Shown: positions 45,404 to 54,867 of the stretch, one piece after another
Numbering within the stretch: position 1 is the first letter of the stretch
How the letters are laid out: every line of letters starts with the position of its first letter
NCBI GenBank assembly: GCA_001001285.1
Contig: LCKG01000004.1
Location: 1,957 to 65,956 of the forward strand
Direction of reading: 5' to 3'
Source of the DNA: Parcubacteria group bacterium GW2011_GWC1_45_13
Lineage (GTDB): Bacteria > Patescibacteriota > Minisyncoccia > UBA11713 > 2-01-FULL-45-33
DNA: 64,000 nt
Notes under the pieces: generated by a model
What the model saw: the letters and a program-made list of their open reading frames with translations, nothing else
Databases searched by the model: none
What the model was told of the DNA's origin: nothing
Made by a program: the position numbers and the translations under genes

Positions 45404-47308
45404 TTATTTCTTATCCTCTCCCTCTTCTTTAAAATCGGCGTCTTTGATGTCAGGGCCCGATTTATCTCCGCCACTGCCATCTTCCGGTTTTTTATACATC
45501 GCTTCGCCGATTTTGGAGAGAGATTGGGCGAGCTCCGTTTCAGCGGAGCGGATTCCAGCGACATCGTCTCCGTCTTTAACTTTTTTAAGTGCCTCTATTT
45601 TTTGGCTAACTTCGTCTTTTATCCCCTGTTCAATTTTGCCTGCCTTGCCGTCAGGCAGGTCACCCGCATCGCGCAACGACTTTTCTGCGGTGTAAACCAA
45701 AGCGTCCGCGCGGTTTTTGGCTTCAACCAATTCTTTTTTCTTTTTATCGTCTTCGGCGTGGAGTTCCGCGTCCTTTTTCATTTTTTCAATTTCATCTTTA
45801 GAAAGCCCCGTGGAAGCTTCAATCCTGATGGATTGCTCTTTATTCGTCGCCTTGTCCTTGGCTTTTACGGATAAAATTCCGTTTGCGTCAATATCAAAGC
45901 TGACTTCCACCTGCGGCATGCCGCGAGGCGATGGAGGAATCCCATCCAAAATAAATCTGCCGAGGGTTTTGTTATCTCCCGCCATCTCGCGCTCGCCCTG
46001 CAAAACGTGAATTTCCACGGAAGTTTGGTTGTCTGCGGCGGTCGAGAAAACCTGTGAACGCGCTACTGGCACCGTAGTATTTTTTTCAATAATTTTGGTC
46101 ATCACTCCCCCCAAGGTCTCAATACCCAAAGAAAGCGGGGTGACGTCCAAAAGCAAAACGTCCTTCACGTCGCCCTGCAAAATTCCGCCCTGCACCGCCG
46201 CGCCTACTGCCACAACTTCGTCCGGATTTATGGAAAGATTAGCTTCTTTCCCAAAAAGTTTTTTAATGCCCGCTTGAATCGCTGGCATTCTCGTTTGGCC
46301 CCCGACCAAAACTATTTCGTCAATTTCCTGCATTTTAAAACCCGATTCATCCACCACTTTCTTAGTAATCTCAAAAGACCTATTTAAATAATCTCCTACC
46401 AGCTCTTCCAGTTTGGCACGGGTGAATTTCATCAAAAGATGCCGCGGGCCGGAGGCGTCGGATGTGATGAAAGGAATATTTATTTCCGTCTCAACCGTGG
46501 TGGAAAGCTCGTGCTTGGCTTTCTCCGCAGCTTCTTTCAGGCGCTGAAGAGCCAAAACATCCTTGGTGACATCAATGCCCGATTCTTTTTTAAATTCCAC
46601 AGCGATATATTGGATAATTTTTTGATCAAAATCGTCCCCTCCCAAATGCGTGTCGCCTCCCGTGGCACGGACTTCAATGGTATCATCCCCAATTTCCAAA
46701 ACGGAAAGGTCGAATGTGCCTCCACCGTAATCGTAAACCACTATTTTTTCATTTTTCTTTTTATTTAATCCGTAGGCTAAAGCCGCGGCTGTGGGTTCGT
46801 TTAAAATCCGGCGAACTTGCAAACCAGCAATCTCGCCGGCCGCTTTGGTTGCTTGTCTTTGGGCATCGTCAAAATAAGCAGGCACGGTAATGATGGCTTC
46901 TTCAATTTTTTCTCCCAGCTTGGCTTCGGCGTCGGTTCTTAATTTCGCTAAAATCATCGCCGAAATTTCTTCCGGCCGGTACCATTTTTCATTTATTTTT
47001 ACGTCCACTCCGCCGTTGGCCGATTCTTTGATTTCATAAGGCAACAAGGTTTTATCGCGTTTAACTTCCGTATCGCCGAATTTCCTGCCAATCAATCGTT
47101 TTACCGAAAAAATGGTGTTTTTGGGGTTGGTCACTGCCTGTCTTTTTGCCAAAAGGCCGACCAGGCGCTCGCCTGTTTTTGAAAACGCGACCATTGAGGG
47201 CGTGGTGCGCGCGCCCTCCGCGTTTTCCAATATTTTCGGGACTCCCCCTTCCACGACCGCCATCGCGGAGTTGGTCGTTCCCAAGTCTATTCCTAAAATT
47301 TTTGCCAT
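45404..47308 (-). CDS. dnaK: chaperone DnaK (Hsp70)
   Basis: [19 protein letters not shown] and related Hsp70 motifs; 634 aa. Confidence 0.95.
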   Translation of the reverse strand: MAKILGIDLGTTNSAMAVVEGGVPKILENAEGARTTPSMVAFSKTGERLVGLLAKRQAVTNPKNTIFSVKRLIGRKFGDTEVKRDKTLLPYEIKESANGGVDVKINEKWYRPEEISAMILAKLRTDAEAKLGEKIEEAIITVPAYFDDAQRQATKAAGEIAGLQVRRILNEPTAAALAYGLNKKKNEKIVVYDYGGGTFDLSVLEIGDDTIEVRATGGDTHLGGDDFDQKIIQYIAVEFKKESGIDVTKDVLALQRLKEAAEKAKHELSTTVETEINIPFITSDASGPRHLLMKFTRAKLEELVGDYLNRSFEITKKVVDESGFKMQEIDEIVLVGGQTRMPAIQAGIKKLFGKEANLSINPDEVVAVGAAVQGGILQGDVKDVLLLDVTPLSLGIETLGGVMTKIIEKNTTVPVARSQVFSTAADNQTSVEIHVLQGEREMAGDNKTLGRFILDGIPPSPRGMPQVEVSFDIDANGILSVKAKDKATNKEQSIRIEASTGLSKDEIEKMKKDAELHAEDDKKKKELVEAKNRADALVYTAEKSLRDAGDLPDGKAGKIEQGIKDEVSQKIEALKKVKDGDDVAGIRSAETELAQSLSKIGEAMYKKPEDGSGGDKSGPDIKDADFKEEGEDKK

Positions 47309-47331
47309 AATATTTTATTATATTTTAACTT

Positions 47332-47874
47332 TTAATTTTGAGATTTATAAACCCCGACTTTTACTTTGGAGGGTCGCAAGACCCGATCATAAATCATATA
47401 TCCTTTCTGTAATTCTTCCACCACCGCATTATCTTCTGTTTCGTCTAAAACTTCTTTTTTCTCCAGCGCTTCATGCTCCAACGGATTAAATTGTTTCCCC
47501 AGCGCCTCAATCGGCAGAACTCCTTCTTTTTTTAATATATCAACTAATTGATTATGGATGGGATCCTCCCCGTCTTTGCCAAAGCTTCGGCGAGCAAGCA
47601 ACGAATCAGCCACCGCCAGCATTTCTCTTAAAACTTTCTCTGCGGCAAATTTGGCAAATTCAGCCCTGGCTTTTTCTTCATCCTTCCTCGCGTTTATAAA
47701 ATCTGCTTTCGCTCTCTGCCAGCCAGCCAGATAATTGTCCCGCTCGTTTTTCACCGCCTTCAGCTCTTCTTTTAGTTTCGTCAGCTTGTCTTTGGCCGTT
47801 TCCTCATCTCCCTCATTAATAATTTCCACGTCATCATCCATATTATTTCCTTCTTTTATTTTTCCCCGACGCAC
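47332..47874 (-). CDS. grpE: nucleotide exchange factor GrpE
   Basis: Coiled-coil N-terminus plus GrpE beta-domain. True start probably the Met at 47841, since the track ORF overlaps the hrcA 3' end. Confidence 0.85.
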   Translation of the reverse strand: MRRGKIKEGNNMDDDVEIINEGDEETAKDKLTKLKEELKAVKNERDNYLAGWQRAKADFINARKDEEKARAEFAKFAAEKVLREMLAVADSLLARRSFGKDGEDPIHNQLVDILKKEGVLPIEALGKQFNPLEHEALEKKEVLDETEDNAVVEELQKGYMIYDRVLRPSKVKVGVYKSQN

Positions 47875-48598
47875 TAATAATATTTTTTAATAACGAAGTC
47901 GGGGTCCCGACTTTACGTCGGGAAACATCCCCCTTTGCATATTTTAAAACCGACCCAGCTTTTTCATAATTCATCCTGCGGGGGCCCAAAGATATCATGG
48001 CAAACCTCCCCCAATTTTCATCTTCAAAAAGCATTCCGGCCATTCCGAATTCACCAATCGTGAATTCTGGCTCCTCCGATTTTTTGTTCTGTCCGCCGAA
48101 GATTTCCGACACGACTTTTTCCAAATGCTCGGTCAAATTAACAAAATCAACCGCGCGGTTTTGTTCCATAAATTCAGGCTCTTTCAAAACTTCCGACAAG
48201 CCGTGCTTAAAAAATCTGTTTTCGTCTTCCAAAAAAATCGCCGAAAAAAGCCCGAGGTGTCCGGAGATGGCGCTATTTAATTCCTCAAATATTTCGCCAG
48301 GCTGCACAAAAATTTTATCCATTGAGCGCCGGATATAGGCCTCTGGCTCCTTAAGACGCATTAGATTTTGAATAAAATAACGATAACCTTTATCCGTAGG
48401 GGTCCGGCCGGCGGAGGTGTGGGGCTGTTCCAAAAAACCGCCGTTATCCAGCTCCAGCATGGTATTTCTGATAGTTGCCGGGCTCACGCCCAAGCTCACT
48501 TTTTTATTGACACGCTCGGAAGACACGGGGCTGGCCGTCCGGACATAATCCCGCACGATAAAATCCAAAATATTTTCTTTTCTGCTGTCTAAACGCAT
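47843..48598 (-). CDS. hrcA: heat-inducible transcription repressor HrcA (short form)
   Basis: N-terminal winged helix ILDFIVRDYVRTASPVSSERV. Heads the hrcA-grpE-dnaK-dnaJ operon behind CIRCE. Confidence 0.8.
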   Translation of the reverse strand: MRLDSRKENILDFIVRDYVRTASPVSSERVNKKVSLGVSPATIRNTMLELDNGGFLEQPHTSAGRTPTDKGYRYFIQNLMRLKEPEAYIRRSMDKIFVQPGEIFEELNSAISGHLGLFSAIFLEDENRFFKHGLSEVLKEPEFMEQNRAVDFVNLTEHLEKVVSEIFGGQNKKSEEPEFTIGEFGMAGMLFEDENWGRFAMISLGPRRMNYEKAGSVLKYAKGDVSRRKVGTPTSLLKNIISASGKNKRRK

Positions 48599-48617
48599 AA
48601 TAAAAAATTATAGCAAA

Positions 48618-48644
48618 TTAGCACTCTCTATACAAGAGTGCTAA
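48618..48644 (-). promoter_or_regulatory. CIRCE operator (TTAGCACTC-N9-GAGTGCTAA)
   Basis: Perfect match to the CIRCE consensus: ttagcactc tctatacaa gagtgctaa, about 20 nt upstream of hrcA. Confidence 0.85.
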
Positions 48645-48760
48645 CGCAAAATCAGGCCGTTGGTTTCTCCGCCTGCCTGCCGGTAGGCAGGCTTGACTTT
48701 TTTAATTTTTCTGCATAAGCTGAAATCAGAGGAGCTTTAAGCTCCAAAAAGGAGGGCCAT

Positions 48761-48997
48761 ATGCATATATGCATAGAAGAGCTTAACACAAAAGAAGTTG
48801 CTGTCGTCATAGGGGAGAAGCCAAGTTGCTTTTCCCTTAGAGGATTATGGAAACGGTTACTATTTTTGAGGAAAGCTCGAGAAACAGTGGATAAAGAAAA
48901 ACTCGCATGGATGATTGACAGTGCCATTGAAAATCTCCGGCGAGCCAAGCGGAACCTAGAGGATCGAAAAGCAGGAATGAAATTAATCTATACCTAG
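48761..48997 (+). CDS. hypothetical small protein
   Basis: SD ggaggg 5 nt upstream of the ATG; 78 aa. Confidence 0.4.
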   Translation: MHICIEELNTKEVAVVIGEKPSCFSLRGLWKRLLFLRKARETVDKEKLAWMIDSAIENLRRAKRNLEDRKAGMKLIYT

Positions 48998-49004
48998 AAG
49001 GAGG

Positions 49005-49334
49005 ATGAATATGAAAGTAATGGTGTACCCGAAAGGAGAGATTGCAATCAAACTGGATGGTGATTTTACCATGCAGGAGATGGTTGCAATCAAGAAGCGG
49101 ATTAGAGAAGACAACGGCTTCCGATTGTTTCTTGTGCACACAACTGAAGAGCAACAATTTGTTGTGCCCATTGACACAATCAGGGAGCTCGGGGTAGATA
49201 TCGGCACTTTCCTGCGACGGGTTGTCGCAACTGTTCTCGATATTGGGGATGAAACCAAGGAATCAATAAGAAACATTAGCCAAATCCCTGACATCGTGCA
49301 TCAGGCAGTCGCGATAGTATTTCGTTCCGCTTGA
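49005..49334 (+). CDS. hypothetical small protein
   Basis: Strong SD gaaggagga upstream; 109 aa. Confidence 0.45.
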   Translation: MNMKVMVYPKGEIAIKLDGDFTMQEMVAIKKRIREDNGFRLFLVHTTEEQQFVVPIDTIRELGVDIGTFLRRVVATVLDIGDETKESIRNISQIPDIVHQAVAIVFRSA

Positions 49335-49396
49335 CCTAAGAGCGAATTCTTGTTTTAAGGGCTGGTAATCCTACCACCCTTTTTTATTTTGCAATC

Positions 49397-49426
49397 ATTG
49401 ACAAGCCACTCTTTATCTGCTTATAA
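49397..49426 (+). promoter_or_regulatory. sigma70 promoter (TTGACA-17-TATAAT)
   Basis: Consensus -35 TTGACA and -10 TATAAT with 17-nt spacing, followed by SD gaagggaggg and an ATG. Confidence 0.55.
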
Positions 49427-49448
49427 TAGAAGCGGAAGGGAGGGCTCT

Positions 49449-49655
49449 ATGGCTAAAAAAGCACAAATAGAACCCGCTCAAAATTGCGAAGAAACTCTGA
49501 ATATTGAAGGCGTTATTTTCGTTTGTGATAGCAAAGACAAGAGACATATTAATCCACACTGCTCGCAACGTAGGGTTAAATCGCCAGAGGGGTATGATTC
49601 CGTCTACATCATAACCTGGCGACGGGTTCCGGACTTCATATCTTCGCAAAATTGA
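49449..49655 (+). CDS. hypothetical small Cys-containing protein
   Basis: MAKKAQIEPAQNCEE...; start set at the Met downstream of the consensus promoter (the track ORF begins inside the promoter). Followed by a terminator. Confidence 0.4.
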   Translation: MAKKAQIEPAQNCEETLNIEGVIFVCDSKDKRHINPHCSQRRVKSPEGYDSVYIITWRRVPDFISSQN

Positions 49656-49659
49656 GCAG

Positions 49660-49692
49660 GCCCCGCCATCCGCGACGGGGCTTTTTATTTTT
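49660..49692 (+). terminator. rho-independent terminator (probably bidirectional, also serving rpsI)
   Basis: ggccccgcc-atccgc-gacggggc hairpin followed by tttttattttt. Confidence 0.6.
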
Positions 49693-49700
49693 ATTTACCC

Positions 49701-50117
49701 TTACCTCTTCGCCCACTGGGGGGCTTTGCGGGCTTTTTTGAGGCCGAATTTGCGGCGTTCTTTCATCCGCGGGTCGCGTTTTAGGAAGCCCGCGGATTTT
49801 AAGAGTTTGCGGTGATTTTGGTCAACCAGAAGCAAAGCGCGCGAGACGCCGTGTCTTAGAGCTTCTGCTTGAGAATGAATTCCTCCGCCTGATATCTTTG
49901 CCACAACTTTGTATTCTTTCTCCGCGCGCGCTATTTTGAAGCCGTCTTCGGCGATTCTTTTAAGCTCCGCAGTTGGAAAATAAACTGCGTATGGCTTTTG
50001 ATTTACAGAAATATTCGGCGAAGAATTTTTCTCACTAAAAAGGCGCACGCGGGCAACCGAAGTTTTTCGGCGCCCTACCGCTTCAAAATATTTATTATCT
50101 TTATTTATCTTCGCCAT
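49701..50117 (-). CDS. rpsI: 30S ribosomal protein S9
   Basis: C-terminal ...RKAPQWAKR and GGG..QA.A..HG core. Confidence 0.9.
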   Translation of the reverse strand: MAKINKDNKYFEAVGRRKTSVARVRLFSEKNSSPNISVNQKPYAVYFPTAELKRIAEDGFKIARAEKEYKVVAKISGGGIHSQAEALRHGVSRALLLVDQNHRKLLKSAGFLKRDPRMKERRKFGLKKARKAPQWAKR

Positions 50118-50478
50118 GGTAGATTATTAAATTCTTAATCATAATTTTTCTCAAGCGATTATGCGGAAGCATGCCCAAAACAGCGTGCCGGAAAACCAGG
50201 CGCTTGTCCTTTTTGGCCACCTCCCAAGCACTGGAAACTTTCCTGCCGCCCGGGTATCCCGAGTAGCGCGCGTGTTCTGTCTCTTTTAATTTTTTTTCTG
50301 AAATATCAACCAAATCCACATTTTTTACTATTATTTTCGGCAAAACCGTCCGGTTTGGCAAAAAATCCGCTTCGGTTTTTCCGCGGAGCGCTTTGGCAAC
50401 CTCCGACGCAATTCTTCCCAGCCGTTTATTTTTAGCGTTTATGATTATCTCTTTTTTCATAATTTTATATAAATTCAA
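50101..50478 (-). CDS. rplM: 50S ribosomal protein L13
   Basis: L13-type sequence upstream of rpsI, the canonical pair. Confidence 0.9.
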   Translation of the reverse strand: MNLYKIMKKEIIINAKNKRLGRIASEVAKALRGKTEADFLPNRTVLPKIIVKNVDLVDISEKKLKETEHARYSGYPGGRKVSSAWEVAKKDKRLVFRHAVLGMLPHNRLRKIMIKNLIIYHGEDK

Positions 50479-50809
50479 TAAAGGCCATTTTAGCGGCGTC
50501 CCCTTTTCTGGGAGGAAGTTTAATAATTCTGGTGTACCCGCCGTTTCTTTCTTTGTATTTCGGCGCGATATCTTTAACTAGTTTCTGGGCGGCAGCTTTC
50601 GGCAAATTTTTTCTCAACTCGCGGTATTCGGCAGAATGCGCTTGGTGCCTTTTGGCGCGCGTTACCAGCCTCTCGGCGACACTTCTTAATTCTTTGGCGC
50701 GCGCTATGGTTGTTTTTATTTTCCCTTTCATTATCAAAGCAACCGCCAGGCTTTTTAAAAACGCCCGCCTTTGGTTCCGCTCCCTATTGAATTTCCGTTT
50801 CTTTTTCAT
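50465..50809 (-). CDS. rplQ: 50S ribosomal protein L17
   Basis: GGYTRIIKL.PRKGDAAKMAFIE motif; follows rpoA. Confidence 0.9.
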   Translation of the reverse strand: MKKKRKFNRERNQRRAFLKSLAVALIMKGKIKTTIARAKELRSVAERLVTRAKRHQAHSAEYRELRKNLPKAAAQKLVKDIAPKYKERNGGYTRIIKLPPRKGDAAKMAFIEFI

Positions 50810-51733
50810 TTATTCGCGTAATGATAATCCCAACTTAGCCAGAGCTTTTTTGATTTCGGATACAGCTTTATTTCCTACGCCGTCAAAATCTTTCAATTCC
50901 GCCTCCGATTTTTCCGCGAGCTCCCGCGGAGACCCGAGACCGGAGGCTATGAGCGCGTTTTTTGTTCTGGCGGATAATTTCATTTCAGAAAAAGAATCTT
51001 CGCCGGCTTTTTCTTTAACCGACGTTTCTGCCTGACCGTTTTCATTTTCAAAAATATCCATCTCAGTAAGCTGCTTCCTCATGATGGCTATGGCTTCTTT
51101 TAAGGCATCCCTCGCGGAGATGGTGCCGTCCGTTTCAATAAAAAGTCGCAAACGGTTGTAATCAGTCCTGTCGCCTACTCGCATGTTTTCAACTTCATAT
51201 GTCACGCGCCTGATGGGGGTAAAAATGGCGTCTAAAACAATCACGCCCACAGCCACTTTATCTTTTACCAATTCTTCGGAAGGCACGAAACCGACTCCCC
51301 TTTCCACGGTAAATTCGGCGGAAAATTGTGCGTTTTTTGCGGTGAGCGTGGCAATATGTAAATCCTTGTTCATCACCTCAAGCTGGGTAGGGCATTTTAT
51401 GTCTTTGCCTCTTATCTCTCTAGCCCCTTTAATTTCCACAGTCGCGGTTTCCGGTTCATTGCCGTGAAGCTTGAAACGAAGCTGTTTGATATTCAGCAAA
51501 ATCATAACCATGTCCTCCAAAACTCCTGGCAGAGTCGCGAATTCGTGGTTAGCTCCTTCAATCTTTATTTTAGTAACAGCTGCGCCCGGCAAAGAAGAAA
51601 GCATGATGCGGCGGAGAGCATTGCCTAAAGTGTGCCCGTAACCCGGATAGAGACCGTCTATTTCGTACGTCCCTTTAGTGTCTTCTTCGGAAACAATTCT
51701 GGTGTGCGCCGATAAAACAATATTGTGGTCCAT
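50810..51733 (-). CDS. rpoA: DNA-directed RNA polymerase alpha subunit
   Basis: N-terminal dimerisation domain and C-terminal alpha-CTD; operon position. Confidence 0.9.
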   Translation of the reverse strand: MDHNIVLSAHTRIVSEEDTKGTYEIDGLYPGYGHTLGNALRRIMLSSLPGAAVTKIKIEGANHEFATLPGVLEDMVMILLNIKQLRFKLHGNEPETATVEIKGAREIRGKDIKCPTQLEVMNKDLHIATLTAKNAQFSAEFTVERGVGFVPSEELVKDKVAVGVIVLDAIFTPIRRVTYEVENMRVGDRTDYNRLRLFIETDGTISARDALKEAIAIMRKQLTEMDIFENENGQAETSVKEKAGEDSFSEMKLSARTKNALIASGLGSPRELAEKSEAELKDFDGVGNKAVSEIKKALAKLGLSLRE

Positions 51734-51766
51734 AAAAAATTATTTAAATATTATTAATAATAATGA

Positions 51767-52375
51767 TTAACGCGAATAATATTCGACGATTGAACTTAAA
51801 TTGTAAGATCTTATTAAATCATCTGCGGGAGGGTAAGCAATTACTTTGCCGGTGTAATTTGTTTTATCCAATTCCAGCCATCCCGGCGGAGCATACTTTT
51901 TGAGAGCCATAGCCAAATTCATAAAAACGCCCTTTTGCAAGCTTCCCAGCCGAATATTCACAGCGTCTCCTACTTTCAATTGATAAGAAGGAATATTCAC
52001 GCGCTTGCCATTTACCATAATATGCCCGTGGTTTACCATCTGTCTGGCGCCAGCTCTAGTCGGCGCGAGCCCCAAACGGTAAATAACGTTGTCCAAACGC
52101 ATTTCCAAATTTCTGATAATCGCTTCCCCTGACGGAGTAGCGCGCTGGGCCACGGCTTTGTCAATATAATTTCTAAACTGCGTCTCACGAAGGCCGTAAA
52201 GAAATTTCACTTTCTGCTTCTCCTTAAGCTGCTGGCCAAATTCCGAAAGGCCTCTTCGAAAACTTTTGCCATGCACTCCGGGCGGATAAGGTTTTCTTTT
52301 TAAGGCGCACTTTTCGCGTCCGCACACTGACATTCCCAAGCGCCGGCACATTTTACAAGTAATCGTGGTTCTCAT
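51767..52375 (-). CDS. rpsD: 30S ribosomal protein S4
   Basis: N-terminal Cys cluster and S4 domain (RLDNVIYRLGLA.TRAGARQMVNHGHI). Confidence 0.9.
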   Translation of the reverse strand: MRTTITCKMCRRLGMSVCGREKCALKRKPYPPGVHGKSFRRGLSEFGQQLKEKQKVKFLYGLRETQFRNYIDKAVAQRATPSGEAIIRNLEMRLDNVIYRLGLAPTRAGARQMVNHGHIMVNGKRVNIPSYQLKVGDAVNIRLGSLQKGVFMNLAMALKKYAPPGWLELDKTNYTGKVIAYPPADDLIRSYNLSSIVEYYSR

Positions 52376-52386
52376 TGTTTTTATTT

Positions 52387-52821
52387 TTAAACTCTCCTCG
52401 GCTTTGGCGCCCGCGGGCCGTTATGCGGTATGGGGGTAATATCGCGGATAGCGTAAATTTCAAAGCCCTGGGCGGCGAAAGAGCGCAAAGCCGCGTCACG
52501 GCCCGAACCCACGCCTTTTACCAATATTCCTAGATTTCTAATGCCGGCCGCTTTGGATTTTTCTCCCAAAAACTCGGCGACTTTTGTGGAAGCGTAAGGC
52601 GTCCCCTTTTTGGCGCCAGAAAATCCCAAAGCTCCGGAGCTGGAAGATAAAATTATATCGCCTTTCGGGTCAGTTATGGAAATAATCGTATTATTGTAGG
52701 TTGAAAGAATGTGAACCACGCCATCGGAGAATTTCTTTTTCAATTGCGTGGATTTAATCGCTGAAGCTCTACCATCATCGGTAGTCAAATCAATTTTTTG
52801 AATGATTCTTTTTTTGCCCAT
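52387..52821 (-). CDS. rpsK: 30S ribosomal protein S11
   Basis: S11 signature and operon position. Confidence 0.9.
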   Translation of the reverse strand: MGKKRIIQKIDLTTDDGRASAIKSTQLKKKFSDGVVHILSTYNNTIISITDPKGDIILSSSSGALGFSGAKKGTPYASTKVAEFLGEKSKAAGIRNLGILVKGVGSGRDAALRSFAAQGFEIYAIRDITPIPHNGPRAPKPRRV

Positions 52822-52822
52822 T

Positions 52823-53209
52823 TTATTTCTTTTCCATTTTACGCTTACCGGACATCATGGTTTTTCTGATATTACCTCGGCGCGTTCTGGAATTGGTTTT
52901 GGTCCTTTGGCCTCGCGACGGCAAGCCCCGCATGTGGCGTGTCCCACGGTAGGATTTGATGTCTTTTAATCTTTTAATATTCAAAATGAGCTCGCGTCTC
53001 AATTCTCCCTCAACTTTATAACTTTTTTCAATAATGTCGCGGAGTTTCCCGACTTCTTGCGGAGTCAAGTCTTTGGCCCGCTTACTTTTGTCAACTTTGG
53101 CAGAGGTTAAAATTTTCCCGGCCAAAGGATGCCCAATACCATAAATGTAGGTCAAGGATATTGGAATTTTTTTGCTGTCCGGAATATTTACTCCCGCGAT
53201 TCTTACCAT
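52823..53209 (-). CDS. rpsM: 30S ribosomal protein S13
   Basis: [10 protein letters not shown]... N-terminus. Confidence 0.9.
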   Translation of the reverse strand: MVRIAGVNIPDSKKIPISLTYIYGIGHPLAGKILTSAKVDKSKRAKDLTPQEVGKLRDIIEKSYKVEGELRRELILNIKRLKDIKSYRGTRHMRGLPSRGQRTKTNSRTRRGNIRKTMMSGKRKMEKK

Positions 53210-53218
53210 AAAATAAAT

Positions 53219-53332
53219 TTAACCTTGCCTTTGCTTATGCTTCGGATTTTTGCAAGTAATAAAGATGCGGCCACCCCGACGGATGACTTTACAATTAGCG
53301 CATCTTGGTTTTACGGAAGCTCTTACTCTCAC
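53219..53332 (-). CDS. rpmJ: 50S ribosomal protein L36 (GTG start)
   Basis: Hand translation (V/M)[36 protein letters not shown] matches the L36 consensus. 37 aa, so missing from the ORF track. Confidence 0.7.
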   Translation of the reverse strand: MRVRASVKPRCANCKVIRRGGRIFITCKNPKHKQRQG

Positions 53333-53451
53333 CCCGTTAGAAATAGGACGCAGACGCAAAAAGCGCGTCGCGTACTGGATTATTGCCTATAAATTTTGAC
53401 CTTTTGTTATATATCATGCTTTTATTTTTGCGTCCGCGATTTCTAACGGGG
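53332..53451 (-). promoter_or_regulatory. large hairpin in the infA-rpmJ intergenic region
   Basis: Inverted arms ccccgttagaaataggacgcagacgcaaaaa and tttttgcgtccgcgatttctaacgggg give an about 27-bp stem around an about 60-nt loop, directly upstream of the rpmJ start. Confidence 0.35.
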
Positions 53452-53458
53452 CGCGTAC

Positions 53459-53680
53459 TTATAATCTTTTAATAATTCGCCCGCGGGAGTCATCGTACCG
53501 GCTGAATTCAACCAGCACTTTGTCGCCTACCAGCACTTTTATATAATTGACACGCATCTTGCCGGAAAGATAGCCCGAAACCTCGCGGCCATCCGTGAGC
53601 AAAATACGGAAAGTTGCCGAAGGCAACGCCTCGATTACCTGCCCTTCTTTGACCTCTGTGTCTTTTGACGAAGCTGGCAT
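53459..53680 (-). CDS. infA: translation initiation factor IF-1
   Basis: S1-like OB fold: VIEALPSATFRILLTDGREVSGYLSGKMR...GDKVLVE.S.YD..RGRI. Confidence 0.9.
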   Translation of the reverse strand: MPASSKDTEVKEGQVIEALPSATFRILLTDGREVSGYLSGKMRVNYIKVLVGDKVLVEFSRYDDSRGRIIKRL

Positions 53681-53756
53681 TAAAAATCACCCTTTAGGCG
53701 CCCGCCTGCCGGCGGACAAGAATGTTCTCCCATACTAGCTCTCCTTTAAAACAATG

Positions 53757-54011
53757 TCAATATGTGTTGCTAGTACGGCGTTTGATTTCAAAAACATATA
53801 TAAGCAATCTCTTTTCATGTATTTCGTAAAAAATTCGATAATTACCAACACGTCTCCGCCAAGCATCTCGACCCTCCATTTTTTCGATATCCCCAGCATA
53901 AGGATTGTAGATTAGCTCTTGAAGCGCGGCACGAACCCGTTCCACATCGTGCCGAGGCATTCGCTTAAGAAATTTTTTCGCATAACTATCAACTATTACG
54001 ATCCAGTTCAT
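53757..54011 (-). CDS. RelE/ParE-family toxin (type II TA)
   Basis: 84 aa: ...ALQELIYNPYAGDIEKMEGRD.WRRRVGNYRIFYEI...LIYVFEIKRR, typical RelE/ParE. Confidence 0.65.
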   Translation of the reverse strand: MNWIVIVDSYAKKFLKRMPRHDVERVRAALQELIYNPYAGDIEKMEGRDAWRRRVGNYRIFYEIHEKRLLIYVFEIKRRTSNTY

Positions 54012-54219
54012 TATCCAATTGATTCAGAGTAACGTAATTTCCATTAGCAAAATTTTTTCTGCCGCGCGCTAATGCTTTCAATTCTGCTTTAGTTGGCTTG
54101 AAAGTCCTTGCTGATTTTATTTTTTTAAGCCATGTCAAAAACTCGCCGTAGGTATTGCGCGGTACAGCTATTAAATCTTTATTTTGCGCCAGTTCTTTTG
54201 GAATAGTAATTGTTGCCAT
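53989..54219 (-). CDS. putative antitoxin paired with the RelE/ParE toxin
   Basis: 76-aa ORF overlapping the toxin start by 23 nt. Confidence 0.45.
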   Translation of the reverse strand: MATITIPKELAQNKDLIAVPRNTYGEFLTWLKKIKSARTFKPTKAELKALARGRKNFANGNYVTLNQLDNELDRNS

Positions 54220-54404
54220 ATATCCAAAATAGCATGATGCCTAAAAAGCTGTCAATATAAAAAAATTGACTATCCTGGATAGTCAATTAAACTTGTTCGG
54301 ACTATATAATCATAAGAAAAAATGGTGGGCTACTAAAGTTTAAACTTGTTCGCCCATTATTTAATTTATGTTCAACGTATAGTCTCTGAGGATTCTTCAA
54401 AATT

Positions 54405-54578
54405 TTACCAATGATCGTATTCTGGACAGCGTACATAACCACCCTTTGGGTCCTTTAGCGGCCTTAGGGCTTTGAGTATGGAATCCCAAGATTGAAAAGT
54501 GATTTGATGTCTATTTTCAAAACTGACATTTTGTTTTTTGCTCTTTTTTATTCCAGATTGCTTCCTTTTCTTTTTCAT
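54405..54578 (-). CDS. hypothetical small basic protein (57 aa)
   Basis: Hand-translated; strong SD taggagga 5 nt upstream of the ATG. Below the ORF-track size cutoff. Confidence 0.3.
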   Translation of the reverse strand: MKKKRKQSGIKKSKKQNVSFENRHQITFQSWDSILKALRPLKDPKGGYVRCPEYDHW

Positions 54579-54639
54579 CAATCCTCCTATCGAATTTTAA
54601 TTTTGAAGTTTCCTGCTGATTGTCCGCACCAAAACATTT

Positions 54640-54810
54640 TTACTTCGTTGGTTCTACCTCTCGAAACAGTCTTCTTTCTTGGATATGCGGATGTTGCTCT
54701 TTGACAATTTTCCACGCATCGTCTTCATCTTCCGCTGGAAAATTAATTTCTGTAGTAGTTTTCCAGCCCAAAGCCAGGCATGGATTCCATCCCTTAAGTA
54801 GAAAGTTCAT
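54640..54810 (-). CDS. hypothetical small protein (56 aa)
   Basis: Hand-translated MNFLLKGWNPCLALGWKTTTEINFPAEDEDDAWKIVKEQHPHIQERRLFREVEPTK; precedes the 57-aa ORF. Confidence 0.25.
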   Translation of the reverse strand: MNFLLKGWNPCLALGWKTTTEINFPAEDEDDAWKIVKEQHPHIQERRLFREVEPTK

Positions 54811-54867
54811 ATATCCTCCTTGAAGTAGTTTTGGATACTAACGAGTATATCTATCGCAACCTTAGCA

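Noticed and set aside
48652-48948. 98-aa minus-strand ORF upstream of CIRCE
   Set aside because: It covers the CIRCE/promoter region and a palindromic repeat copy and overlaps the better-supported plus-strand gene at 48761. It has no SD and is likely spurious.
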